A DNA stretch of 64,000 nt from the NCBI GenBank assembly GCA_965655095.1, contig OZ296648.1, forward strand, positions 41,354,001 through 41,418,000, written 5' to 3'. The notes under the pieces are model-generated. The model was given only the letters and a program-made list of their open reading frames with translations. It ran no database searches and had not been told where the DNA came from. The position numbers and the translations under genes are program-made. Of the stretch, positions 50,871-63,229 are shown one piece after another. Position 1 is the first letter of the stretch, and every line of letters begins with the position of its first letter. The stretch is from Haplodiscus bocki. Lineage: Eukaryota.

Positions 50871-51626
50871 TTGATTACCTTGTTACTCCGATTATCGGCG
50901 TTAGCTCAGCCGTCAACTCAAACTTCTCACCAGCTCACCGGAAGATTCAGAGGCTCATCGGCAGATCGAGAGAGTTATTCGATAGATCAACCCGCAGAAG
51001 CAACTTGTCGGTGATAACTTGGACAGATTTTCGGCAAACCCGAAAGCAGAGACAGTGCATCGGCCAAGCCGGACGAAATAAAGCGGAACGACCCCAGTTT
51101 GCAAGACACCTTCGCAGAACGTGCAGTGCAACCAGGATAGTCAGAGTCGTGGCTTCGAGGAGTGCGAACAGTTGCGTCTGAGAGCTCACCGGTGATGTCT
51201 GCGGCTGTGTGATTGGTTGGGTAGCTTTCTGGGTGCGGGTCAACAGCGCTAGGTGCTGTAGTGCGAGCTGTTGTGTGCGGGGACGCTGGTGTTTGCTGTA
51301 GTGGAGCAAGATGTTCGCCATCCCATCGGCAGTCACCAGTTAGGCATGGTCGACACAACCGGTTAGAGAGGTGAATCGGGGTTGCATAGCCAACTCAGAA
51401 AGGACATCGGCTTGAGAGTGAACTACACTTATAAACTCAAACTGAACTCTTGTATTGGTTAATTGATGTCAACACTTTGCCCGTAGGATTTTTGGCCTTA
51501 GCCGATTGTGTATTAGCGAGTAACCGTACACTTATTTTTGGGAACGGGTTTTTGGAAACTTTCACAACTGTTTGCTCGCTAGAAAGGGTAAATTGAAATT
51601 GGGGCAGCAAAACGGCCAAAAGTCCA

Positions 51627-52246
51627 ATGGTCTATGTAATCGGCGCTAGTTCACTTCGGTACGCAGTTGACGATTCACCGTTTAAGTTTGGCGGAGGTTG
51701 CTTGCGAGAACTTTTGCGACTCCCGGGTTGAGTTTCAACCCGAACGCGCGAAACTACTTGAAAAATCTAGACAATTTGCTAAGCACCGGTTGCTTGCGGC
51801 ATCGAGCCGATATCGTGATTTGGCACGATCTGATTAATAACACGCTTTCAAGTCACCGTAGCAACAACTATAACGCGTGTTCCGTTCAGCAGCTCTTGCA
51901 CATACTAGCAAGACATAGACACCGGATAGCCGCCATTGTCTATATTCAGCGTGAAAAAACTCCATACGTGTTTCGGCAGCTGTGCTCATCGGGCATTTTG
52001 ATCTTACCGGTGGGAAAACTACTGTCACCGAAGAAACGAACTAACTTCGCTTTTCGAAGTGACCTCACGACCGTTCATCCTCGTTCCGATACTGAACGAA
52101 GTTTATTACGGACCGTACTCCGGAACGGAACCGATCTGCGAAAGCTGTTGAATCGACGTTCACAGACTAAACGGTCGTCGCAAGATCAATGTCCTGCAGG
52201 ACGGATTGCCCAGAGTAACATTACCGTTACTGTTACTTTCAATTAA
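51627..52246 (+). pseudogene. SGNH/GDSL-hydrolase-like accessory ORF inside the BEL element (one frameshift near 51690)
   Basis: MVYVIGASSLR (block I, ATG 51627), TPGLS (block II), IVIWHDLINN (block III), SDLTTVHP (block V). Confidence 0.65.
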
Positions 52247-52677
52247 ATTTTCTTTCACTGTGTTTTCTTTAGTTTTCAGTCGTTTGGTTCTAACGGAACT
52301 TGACGAGCCTCTAGAACTTTCAGTAGTTCGTGGCACGGAAAGTTTCCGGTTCAGGCCAAAAGTAGTGAAGGTAAACGGATACGCAGTCGATCGCTAAATC
52401 ATATTGATTTGAGTGAACCGTTCGGTCCGGTGTCACTACCGAACGTCCGAAGATAGCATTACCGCAATCTAATCATCGAGTGTGAACTCCTGTTTGAGGA
52501 GTTGCATCCTAGACATCCTCGAATACCCGTCCCTTAGTCTTGACCGGAGCCCAAAGGGCCTCTAGAACTTTGATTAGTTTGTGGCACGGAAAGTTTCGGA
52601 ACAGACCAATTCCCTGGGGGTGCGCGACATTAGAACTTTCGGTAGTTCCTGACGCAAAACCCAATCCCCAGCTCGCC

Positions 52678-55600
52678 ATGGAGGAAAAGTTGCAGAAGCT
52701 CTACGCTAGCAGAACAAAACTGCAGAAGGAGCTCAATATCTGTCATGAATTGATAGATGAAGCGATTGATCGAAAAGATAGGCGCGTGAAAGTGGAAAAG
52801 CTCGTCAACGACTCGAAGTCTACATTCCAGGCTGCGTTTGAGAAGAATGAAGACCGTCTCAAATTGGCAGCGAAAACCGAAAACCCGACGGACCTCACAA
52901 GAATTCCCGAGGAGTGGTCGGAAGGCTTAATTGCTCTAAACGATGAGTACTTGAGTGAAGCACGAGCCTATATCAATTCAATCGGTGAAACTGAAGAGGG
53001 AGGATCCCGGCATTCTGATTCGCAAAGCACAGCGAAGCGATCCAGCAAACATTCAAAGAGCAGGGCAACCAGCAAGAGCCAAGTTTCTGTTTCCTCTAGC
53101 CAACGACGTCTTCAACAGAAAATTGCCAGGTTAAAGCACGAGGAAGTAGAATTCCAAAACGCAGCTGAACTACGAATTGCTCAGGAAAAAGCAGAACAAG
53201 AAAGATTGGAGGCCGAACACCATGCGAGGCAGACCGAACAGCGGGCTGAGCAGGAAGCTGTGGAAACTCAGCGGCGGGCGCAGCAAGAATCTTCCCTGGC
53301 GTGTCAAAAAGCCGAGCATGAAGCTGAGCTTGCCAGGCGAAAGGCTATGCTCGCAGTGTCTGAGCTGCAGAAGAAAAATCGGCAACGACTTGAGCAAGCA
53401 AAGTTGGATGAAGTTGCGGTAGAAGATCTGGAGAGCTCCGACGATGAAGAAGAGGCCGACGGCGATCGGTTTGAGGGACTTCTCGACAATGCGACAAATG
53501 GTTCCGAACGAACGGAGGCTTGGGTTAATAGCGCTGGTGCCACTGGGGCCGTTGGCTTGCAAGCTGGTTCAGAGGTCGCCGTTGCTTAGACCCTCAACGA
53601 CGATGCTCTCCCGAGACTTGTCGAGACTTCATCGCAAGGTCCTGCGGCACCTGATCAATTTCCCAAGACCGTTGATTCCGATAACCAACCTGATTTTCTT
53701 GAAGATCCACAGCCGAATGTTCGCTTCCATGTTCGGAATCGAAACCAGCCCAAACCAAATGTGGCTTCAGCACTTGCTCCATCATCAGTTGCGGTTCCCA
53801 AGGCTTCGAAGAAGTTAGACGAACTCTTTCATAATTTTCTCAAGACACCTGCTTCCTCCAAGAACCTAACAACTGTTGTCACCGATAACACGCTTCAAAC
53901 GCAAAACACTCAGAAGCACTACTCATGTAGTATCGGAGGCACTACGTACTACCACCAGACCCCTTACATGACATCCTCGGTTTTTCCGACCTATCAACCT
54001 GCAACGACGGCTGAAAATACTTGCAGTTACGCACCGGCTACATCGATTGCACTCGGAGTTGAGAACACGGAGTCTCATCGGCCGGTAGAAGATTTGTCCT
54101 CGTGGAACGCCACTTTGACCATGAATGATCTTGCCAAACTTCTAACCGTTTCGCGGAAAGATCCACTGCCCGAGTAGAAACTTTCAACCTTCGATGGCAA
54201 CCCACTTCAGTGGCATGAGTGGTACGGACAATTCAAGAGTGCAGTCGACCAAGCAGCGATAACTGTCGAGGTAAAGATGACGTATTTGAAGACGTTAGTC
54301 TCCGGAAAGGCGAAAATTGCCTTTCAGGGATTTGCGTATAGTGGTGCGCTGAACCGTGACGCTCTGAAGGCGCTTGAACGAAAGTTCGGGCAGCCCCGAG
54401 CAGTTGTCACCGCTCATCTGGAAAAGTTGAGCCACTACCCCGCTGTAAAGATCCACAATTCAGAAAGCATAATCAATTATACTTGTGCAATCTCCAGCCT
54501 TATTGCAGTTTTCCAGTCTCTGAAGTATGATGCTGATCTCTTCAGTTCTGCGCTCTTGAACCAGGCTGTTCAAAAGCTTCCACCGAACCTCAAAGAGTCT
54601 TGGTAGCTTCAAATGGTCAAACAAGGATGGCTACGTCCAAGCCTCCTCGATTTCAACCTGTGGTTGCAGGAGAAAGCCGAAGCACATGATCGGATGCAAT
54701 TTGGCTCTGCAACAAAACCAAAAGGAGAACCAAATTCAACGACAACAAAAGTGAAGACCGCGACAAAGACTTTCGCTTCCGCATCCGAATCGACAACGCC
54801 GTCATCCGGGACCAATGAATTGTGTCCTGTCTGCAAGGGAAAACACCCTCTCTTCAGATGTAAAGTGTTTTGCGAAAAGACTCCCAATCAAAGAGCAAAG
54901 ATTGTTGCCGACAACAAGCTTTGCTTCTCCTGCTTCGGAAAGGGTCATAATGCACGTAATTGTTCCCGTGCTCGAACTTGCGGCAAAGACAATTGCAAAT
55001 TGACTCACAATAGTCTCCTTCACGGCGCTGATCGCGTGTTCCCGCCAAAAGGATTGGAACAAAACTCTCCCTTTACCACGTCGCAGCAGACCACTCAAGA
55101 TACATCAGCTGCAAAACCGAAAGCTGTTTCGACAGCTCACAACAGCACCTCAAGTAGAAAGACGTCTACAACGGGTATGAAAGGCCTGCTACAAATCGTC
55201 GAACTCGAAGTTTTCTCGCCTACTAAAGCAATCAACGTTTTCGCTCTTTGTGACTCCGGATGTAGTCACACGTGGATCTCAGACGACTTGGCGCAGAAGT
55301 TGTCCCTAGATGGAAAAGTGACTTCCATCACCGTAAACGGGATCAATTGCCAAGAAGTGGTCCAAACCCGAACGGTTGAGGTGAACTTTTGCTCGATCTT
55401 ATCCGACGAAGGACGAGAGGTTTTCACAGTCAACGCGTTCACAAAATCTTCGATTAATGTTGGCAGAGACTTCATCGACGTTGCAGCCTTGAAATCCAAA
55501 CAACCTCACCTGAATCCAGTGCCAGGTACGCAAATCGACTACTCCAGCGTGAGTATGATACTTGGGCAGGATGCATACGAAGCCATCCGTCCAATCGAGT

Positions 55601-58600
55601 ACTTCGTATCAAGTACTGACAAATCGTCAACCGTAGCAGTACGATTGCCAATCGGATGGGTCCTCAGTGGTCCCTTGCCTTCAACATCGAACTTGTCGGC
55701 TTCTTGCTTCGAGGCGAGTAGCGAAGAATACTTAACTCTTGCTCGAGAAGTTAAACTTTGGTACCATATGGAAACCTTCGGAGCTGTGAAAAACGTAGAT
55801 CCCAGTTCGACGGAGGAATCACGTGCCAAGGAAATCCTGCACTCAACCACGTTCCATGATGGAAAAAAGTACGTGGTGGGAATGTTGTGGCGAGAACCCG
55901 ACATCGAGTTGCCGAACAACTACTATGCCGCTCTCGCTCAACTGAAGTCCCTCGAAAATCGCCTGGGCAAGGACGCAGACCTGCGGGAAAGGTACGCTCA
56001 GACAATCAAAGATGATCTTGAGAAGGGATATGTGAAAACAGTTGAACCTAGTGAGTCGCAGAAGCGTTCAAAACGTGAATGGTACTTGCCTCACCACCCG
56101 GTGCTCAATCCGAACGAGCCCGGGAAAGTCCGGAGAGTCCTCAACGGTGCTGCATTGTTTCACAAACAGTCCCTGAACTCTGCATTGATGGCTGGACCGG
56201 ACCTATTGCAAAACCTAATGTACATCATCTTGAAGTTTCGCCAACACCGATACGCAGTCTCGGCGGACATCGAAGGGATGTTCCTGCAGGTAGGCGTGCC
56301 AGACCAGGACCAAACTTCAATTCGTTTTTTGTGGCGGGAGGACCCCACTCAAAAAGTGGTTGTGCACCAGTACACCCGTCACATATTCGGTGCCAAAGAC
56401 TCCGTCACCCGTCATCCGTCAAAGACCTGCGCAAACTATGCGCTACAAAGAACCGCAGACGACAATTGCAAGGAGTTCCCCCGAGAAGGCGGAAGTGTTC
56501 GGAATAATTTTTACATGGACGACTACTTGGAATCCTTTGCTACGTCCGAAGAAGCAACGGAAAGGTGCCAAGACCTTGTGACTCTGCTGAAGCGAGGTGG
56601 CTTCAAGCTAACGAAGTTTGTTAGCAACTTCAATCTGCCACCAAGTCTGCCACCGTTACAAGATCAGTCACCAGGCACACCGGAAGTCTGTGAACTGTCT
56701 TCACACGTTCTTGGATTGAAATGGAATCAACGCAGCGACACATTAGTAGTAAGCCATGGAGTGAACAGATCGGTTACTGAACCAGTTACACAGCGGTTAT
56801 TGTTGAGTCGCGTTGCCAGTATCTTCGATCCCATTGGTTTAGTTGCACCCTACACAATCAAAGCTCGACTTATGCTCAAGGAAGTGTGGCGATTGCATGG
56901 CCAGCAGTGGGATGAAGCCCTCTCAGAAGAACTGATCGAAGAATTCCTGCATTGGAGCAAAGCATTACCAGAACTCAGTACGCTAGAACTGCAAAGATGC
57001 TACTTCAGTGAGCCTGTGGAATCCCTTGAGCTTCATGTTTTTGGTGACAGTTCAAAGGAAGTGTTTGGAGCGGTCGCATTTCTTCGTGCCCGGCAAAAGA
57101 GCGACGGCTCAACGCAACTGGCATTTGTGATCGGAAAAGGACGCGTTGCGCCAATGAAGTCTTTGACAATCCCCAAGTTAGAGCTGCAAGCTGCACTGCT
57201 AGCTTCCCGCTTAAAACGCCACGTCGAGGCAGCGCTTACGCTTGCGGTTGAAAAGGTTTACATGTGGTCCGGTAGTAGCACGGTCCTCCAGTGGCTTCAC
57301 TCGCCCGAAAAGCAACCGGTCTTCGTCGCGAACCGCGTATCGGAGATTTTAGACGCATCAACCGTGGATGAATGGAATCATGTGTCTTCAACGAACAACC
57401 CCGCCGATGTGGTCATGAGGGGAATATCGATTGATGAACTGAAGAGCAGTGCGTGGATAACCGGTCCCGAGTTTCTTGGTACTGATGATTGGCCATTCCA
57501 ACCGCCAACTCAACGCGTCCCAGTGAAGTCACCGAAGTTGATACAGGATCCGCCGGTTGCTCAGCAGACGACGATGTCAAGTGCATCTAAATGCGTCGAG
57601 CCATTCATCATATGGACTAAGTACAGCTCCTACACGAAATTAGTGCGCACGGTTGCCTACATGCTGCGGGTCAACCCCAAGTTTCGAGATTCGGTCAGAA
57701 CGTCAACAATCGATCCCGGAGAATTTCGTCGAGCTGAAGCAAAGCTACTGTTGTTGGCACAAAGTGACATATTCCCAAAAGAACAAAAAGCGCTCGCAAA
57801 AAGAGAATACTTTGCTTCCAACAGTATCATAGCTGCGTTCGTTCCTTTTGTGGGACAAAATGGATTGATTCGAGCAGCGGGACGACTGAAACGGCTATCT
57901 GCTGTTCCGTATGAAACAAAACATCCGGTAGTTCTTGATGATCGTCACCCGCTTGCTCGGCTCTACTTGAAGCACGTTCATGACAGCAACCACCACCAAG
58001 GCGTTGATTTCCTGCGTGCTCATGTACAGAAAACTTTCGCAGTGCTAAAACTCCGTTCAACTCTGCGCTCCATCACCTCGTGTTGTGTCACTTGTCGAAA
58101 ACATCGCGCAACGCCAGTGACGCCTTTGATGGCCGATCTCCCAAAAGAGCGTTTAGGGTACCAAGAACGCCCATTCACGTATACGGGGGTGGACTATTTT
58201 GGTCCCTTCCACGTCTCCGTTAGACGAAGTACCGAAAAACGTTGGGGGTTCCTATTTACCTGCATGACGACGCGCGCCGTTCACAGAGAGATTGTGCCTA
58301 AAATGGACACCAGCTCATGTGTCATGGGCATTGAGCGGTTTGCGGCGCGTCGTGGACATCCACATACGATCTGGTCTGACAACGGCACCAACTTTGTTGG
58401 TGCTGACAAAGAGTTGGCTCTGTGTTTCGCGAACCTTGATCCCGACAAGGTAGCGCAAACGTCTGCGTCCAAAAGCATTAAATGGAAGCTCAACCCGCCG
58501 TCAGCACCCCATCACGGAGGGGTTTGGGAGCGCCTTGTTCAGAGCTGTGAGCGTCTCTTCTACAAAATACTTGGAAATCGAAGGCTTACGGACGAAGTGT

Positions 58601-59106
58601 TGAGAACTACGTTTTGCTTGGTTGAGCAGTTTCTGAATTCAAGGCCGTTAACGGCGGCTAGCTCCGATCCAAAGGATCTAGAAGCGCTCACCCCAAATCA
58701 CTTTCTCTTCGGTGGTCCAAGCGCTGCATCATTGTTTCATGTGCCAGAGAAAGCTCAACCTGACGATCACCGGCAACGGTATCGAAAGTCAATCGCGTAC
58801 GCCAATGCAATTTGGCATCGGTGGTTGACAGAGTATGCCCCAACCCTTAATGTTCGATCGAAGTGGAACCGGCAAGACCCTACCACACTGAAGACTGGAG
58901 ACTTAGTTTGGATCGTTGAACCAACAAGTCCCCGCGGGTTCTACCCGCTCGCTCGAGTTAAAGAACTCCATTACGGATGCGACAGCATTACTCGTTCAGC
59001 TGTCATCCGATCTTCGGCCGGCGTATTCACTCGACCGACCACAAAACTTGTTTCTGTTTTCAACTCGTCTTCTCCCAGGCGGGAGGATGTCGCGTACGCG
59101 GATTAA
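52678..59106 (+). CDS. BEL/Pao Gag-Pol polyprotein frame with three in-frame TAGs (53587, 54175, 54604)
   Basis: Coiled coil; DUF1759-like LPE*KLSTFDGNPLQWHEW; three zinc knuckles; protease ALCDSG; RT YMDD; RNase H LHVFGDSS/TIPKLELQAA; integrase HHCC, GVDYFGP, SDNGTNF, GGVWE. All segments are in one frame and the stop lies inside the 3' LTR. Confidence 0.95.
59077..59087 (+). promoter_or_regulatory. Polypurine tract
   Basis: AGGCGGGAGGA immediately before the 3' LTR. Confidence 0.85.
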
Positions 59107-59861
59107 ACCGTCGCGCGTGTCTATTTAGCGAGCTCGTAACCGGCGTTACCGTAGCAATGGTGGCGCAACGGTATCCGTCCGGGACTCGTAAACGAAACGT
59201 CCGGCGATCGATCGTAATCAAGCTCTTGCAGGATTGAGGACGAAAACAACGTGTCGCCATAAGGAAAATCCCAATTGAAGGAGATCCGGAAATCTTTTAG
59301 GTAACTTTATTTTCCAAGAGAATGAATAGGCTTCTTGTCGCGTACGCGAATTAAATCAAGTAAACGGTCACGCACGCGGATTAAACCGTCGCGTGTGTCT
59401 ATTTAGCGAACTCGTAACCCGCGTTACCGTAGCAATGGTGGCGCAACGGTATGCGTCCGGGTCTCGTAAGCGAATGGTCCAGCGATCGATTCCCGACCGG
59501 ACCGAACCTTTTTCACTCCGGTTTTTGAACTTCGAAGTTGTTAATCGGCTGAAATTTGCATATGAAAGTTTGTTTTGCCAATCAGAGCCGATTATGCAAA
59601 TTTCTTCCGAAAGCATGAACAGACGCCCTCTAGCGGATGAAATTGAAACCGGCTAAACTAAGAAAAACTGAACATAGGAGCTTGTTTCATCGACACCGAA
59701 CAGACGGTTCAAAGAAATACGTTCGGACAAAGTGTTAATTTGTTAATAATTCCGCTGAATTCAAGCCATTTCTGTTGGAATAAACTCTCTGTTGGTAATT
59801 CAAACTTGGATCTAACAGCTTTATTTCCACGGATTTAACCGGTTTATCGGGCCACGCCACA
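59088..59861 (+). repeat. 3' LTR
   Basis: 774-bp copy of 50076-50849. Confidence 0.98.
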
Positions 59862-60166
59862 GTGCCCTGTGAGTTATCACTTGGGTGGTCAATCCGGGAA
59901 TATCTTCGCGGAAGTGGATTAATTCACAAAATGCAATTTGAAGCTTTAACTTTGTCCAGAGCAGCAAAAAGCGTGATTTTTCAACTTCGGCAACAGAAAT
60001 GACCGTATATGGCAGCAAAAATCTGCGTCAACCGCTTAAAATTGTGTAATGGCACTAAGTTCATCTTCTGGTTGGAGAATTAATGAGGCTTTCTAACGAG
60101 ATATTTTGAACTTCAGAATATACAAATGGCAAAGAAGCAAAAATGCATTGTATGCTCAGTTCTAAC

Positions 60167-60579
60167 CGGGCATACTATAAAATCACGCTAAAATTCACGC
60201 TTAATTTGAATAAATTTCTGATTTCACGCGATTTTTAAAAAATATTGCTTTCTTTCAATAAAATTGACCAATTTTGTGTCACCGGAGACTTTTTATTCGA
60301 GTAGCCAAAGATGAGAATGTGAATTCGCAAATTCTCCTGAGTTGACCTTTTTGATAGCTTGGTTTCACCTGAAGCCTCAAAAAATCATTTTTTCGCTCAA
60401 ATTTTTCTAATTAGACATCTGATATTGAAAACAAAAGCGTAAAATATGTGAAAAACACGTAATTTTACTCTTTTTTGTTGTTTTTCACGCTGATCTCGTT
60501 AATTTCACGCCGTGACACGAGCTCTTTGAATTGCCCGAAATTCACGCTAGTTTCACGGCGTGATTTTATAGTATGCCTG
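60167..60579. mobile_element. hAT-like MITE (~413 bp)
   Basis: 22-bp TIR C(G/A)GGCATACTATAAAATCACGC, internal ttcacgc repeats, degenerate 8-bp TSD (gttctaac/gttttgaa). Confidence 0.75.
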
Positions 60580-61829
60580 GTTTTGAAACATATTTTCGAT
60601 TATGCATATTAACTAATATTTGGCAGAGTCATTTAGTAAAAACTTTAGAGGCATGATTGTTTGCCTCTGAGCCATGGAGGATTTAATATTTTCCGTTCAT
60701 TCAAATTCGAAGAACTTGAATTCACACTGATCATCTTTCCTCAGCCAAATTTTCACTAAGATCCAAACAATGCCTTATGGTCCGATTCCGAGCTGGAAGT
60801 ACATATACTTACTTAAAGAACTCTATAATATTGGAAATAGCATAAACATGCTACTAGACAAGACAGTTATGGTTTTATACTGTTCTATTAGGTTGCATCA
60901 TGCTTAAACATAAAAACCATTAGCGCAAGAAACTTGAGTTAAATTGAATTATTTCTCTGTTTTTTGGAAAGAACTATTTTTGTTGATTTCTGATTGTTGA
61001 GCCTGTTTGTGATCTCATACTGAACAGATGTCGCTCGAGTACATACAGAAGATGTTTCAGTTTTTGAAACCCAGTAGGAATGCGAACCCGGCATTGCAAT
61101 AAAAATTTACATGAATCTTTTTTCCTTCTTCATTTGTTTCCGTCGATACAGTCGTTTTTGATGCTTATGTTAAAGATACTCCAGTGTAACCGAATTTTTG
61201 CACTTGTCGACCAAACAGCTGAAAGTTACAAACGTTGCTTGACCTAAAACTCGAAGTATGCCTGATTTTAGGCTGCGTGAAAATTCAAAGCACTCACTTT
61301 TTTCGGAATTACAATGCAATGGCTGCTTTTAAAACTTTAAAATCCTCCTGTTTTGAATTTAGTTGAAGTTTTATACTTTGTTTTTGAGAAGTTAGCAGAT
61401 ACCTATAAATTGTTTCAAAAAAATTATTACACTAAAATGTTGTCTTACAGTGCCGAAAGTTGTCTCGTGAACCGTTTCGCGTTTCCCTGAACTTGTTAAT
61501 CCTTTGTACCCAGTGTAATGGGGGAACTATTTTTATTAGGACAAGTTTGTATACAACATCTATTCATTTTTAGTGAGATTCTGTCAAAAGGGTTAAAAAT
61601 GCAAATTTTACATCAAATTCATTGTAAAACGACGGAACGGCAAGTTTAAGATAGAGTCGCTTATAAAAATGAGCCCCTAAAATTTATAAAACAGCTGAGA
61701 TGAAATGCATAAAAAAGTCACGATTGTTTTTCCATTATTCTTCTCTGATTTTGATGCCTGATTGGGAAATATTTATAATCTCCATTTGAGGAAATTTAAA
61801 AAGTTGTTTGTAGTTGTAAACAGTATATC

Positions 61830-62585
61830 TCTGCGGGAAAAGCACTTTGATGTCCACTTCCGACGGATTAGGTCCGTATTTCTGTTGAAAGATGGAAAGG
61901 ACCCGTCCTTTGAGAAAGGAAATGGTTAGAAAGATGTGTACTTCTCTGATGTTCAAAGTACTTTTCCCTATCAGTACCTTGACTTGGCGTGTAAACAAAT
62001 TTCTCGCCAAGGAAGAGGTAAAAATAGGAGAAATCAGAGTACCAAAAAACACAATTGTACTCACGTTAATATCCAGTAATTCTCTTTTCTGCGATACTCA
62101 CTATATTTATTCGCCCGTGGAAAATATAAATAAAAGATTCATTCAGTTTTAAACGCTATTTAATTTTTTCCCTTTGAAAATGGCTACACTGAGAAGCAAA
62201 AGAAAGCTAGCAGTCATCAATAGAGACAAACACGAGGGAAGTTTCAAGAGCAACCAGTCACGGAACACAATTGTTCCCGGAACTAAAGAGGAAATTTTCT
62301 CTCAGGTGTCAGAGGAAATAGACGGGAGAGTTACAAAGAATTTGTCTCAGGAGATCAGTAGGAAAGAGAGTCGTAGTCTGGGCGCTCTTTCGAAGTTAGG
62401 AGAATTCCTTCTAAACCCACAAGTTCGGGTGCACTCCGGATCCGATCCGGAGACATCCCGGAAATCCTATGGAGAAAACCAAGAAACGAATGATCATCGT
62501 TCCCAAAATCATTTTCATCCTGAAGTCGGTACCTCTTTCACAAAGTCTTCACAGAATTCGGACCCAGAAGAGACATCGTTCACCA
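61830..62585 (+). mobile_element. Diverged partial copy of the ORF-containing LTR family (ORF 62180-62647)
   Basis: MATLRSKRKLAVINRD...QVSEEIDGRVTKNLSQEISRKESRSLGALSKLGEFLLNP; upstream block gtacct-tgacttggcgtgtaaacaa shared with ~11513-11538. Confidence 0.8.
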
Positions 62586-63229
62586 GCCAATCTATAATAT
62601 CTCAATCTCTTTATTTATCAGATCGACAAATCCTACTTATCTTCTAAAATTTTGGGGGCCTGAAGTGAATATTTTTTGTAAGATGCTCATTAGACAAGTT
62701 AGACTAAATAGTGAGGCTATCAGTAATTGAATATGCAAATAAGGCTCTCTACTCTATGATCGGTTCTGAAAATCGGCCTTGAGCATTCCGAAAGTCTTTT
62801 TTAGGAACAACGTCACTATTTCAATTAATGTTTTCTAAATTCAACCTTTTCTAATTAGATAGACTGTCAAGTTGCTCCGAGGAAGTAGAAATAATTTCAC
62901 GGTTGTATGATGTGATCATCAGTTTACCGATCTGGCAAAGCTTCAAAAAATTTTCGCGTTGAAGGTACCGCGTTCACTTTCTACTTATTTGTCTGCTAAA
63001 ATTTCCAATCGTTGAACGGCGGAAGTAACTTTTTGCATACTAGAAAATGTTATTGTTCGCAATTGAGTTTTTAAGTAGCACGTTTGGAGTTATGTTTGGT
63101 TTTTGTGGTAAATTTACAAAAATTTAGATGCATGATAGTTTTTTGTAGTTTTTGTTGAGATTATCGTGCCTTGTCATCTTAAAAAAAATTTGAAAAATAT
63201 CAACACGAATATCCGAATGATGAAGTACG

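Larger units (their letters stand above)
50076..59861 (+). mobile_element. Full-length BEL/Pao LTR retrotransposon (9786 bp)
   Basis: Two 774-bp TG...CA LTRs, TSD GTGCC (50071-50075, 59862-59866), PBS, PPT and Gag-PR-RT-RH-IN order with BEL-type motifs. Confidence 0.98.
49345..59898. mobile_element. Non-autonomous TIR element (CACTA/EnSpm-like) interrupted by the BEL insertion
   Basis: TIRs CCTGGGTTGACCACCCA / CCCGGATTGACCACCCA (2 mismatches), AA on both flanks, and ~32-bp subterminal repeats ttcttactaag.ccatccctgg (49378-49510, 49918-50070). Confidence 0.6.

Noticed and set aside
51680-51700. Programmed -1 frameshift in the SGNH ORF
   Set aside because: No canonical X XXY YYZ slippery heptamer; a simple indel is more parsimonious.
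52678-54606. Genome-wide TAG reassignment
   Set aside because: Only three codons in one element that also has other damaging substitutions; not enough evidence.
53170-59260. Many antisense and alternate-frame ORFs in the BEL element
   Set aside because: Shadows of the GC-richer gag-pol frame; no motifs.
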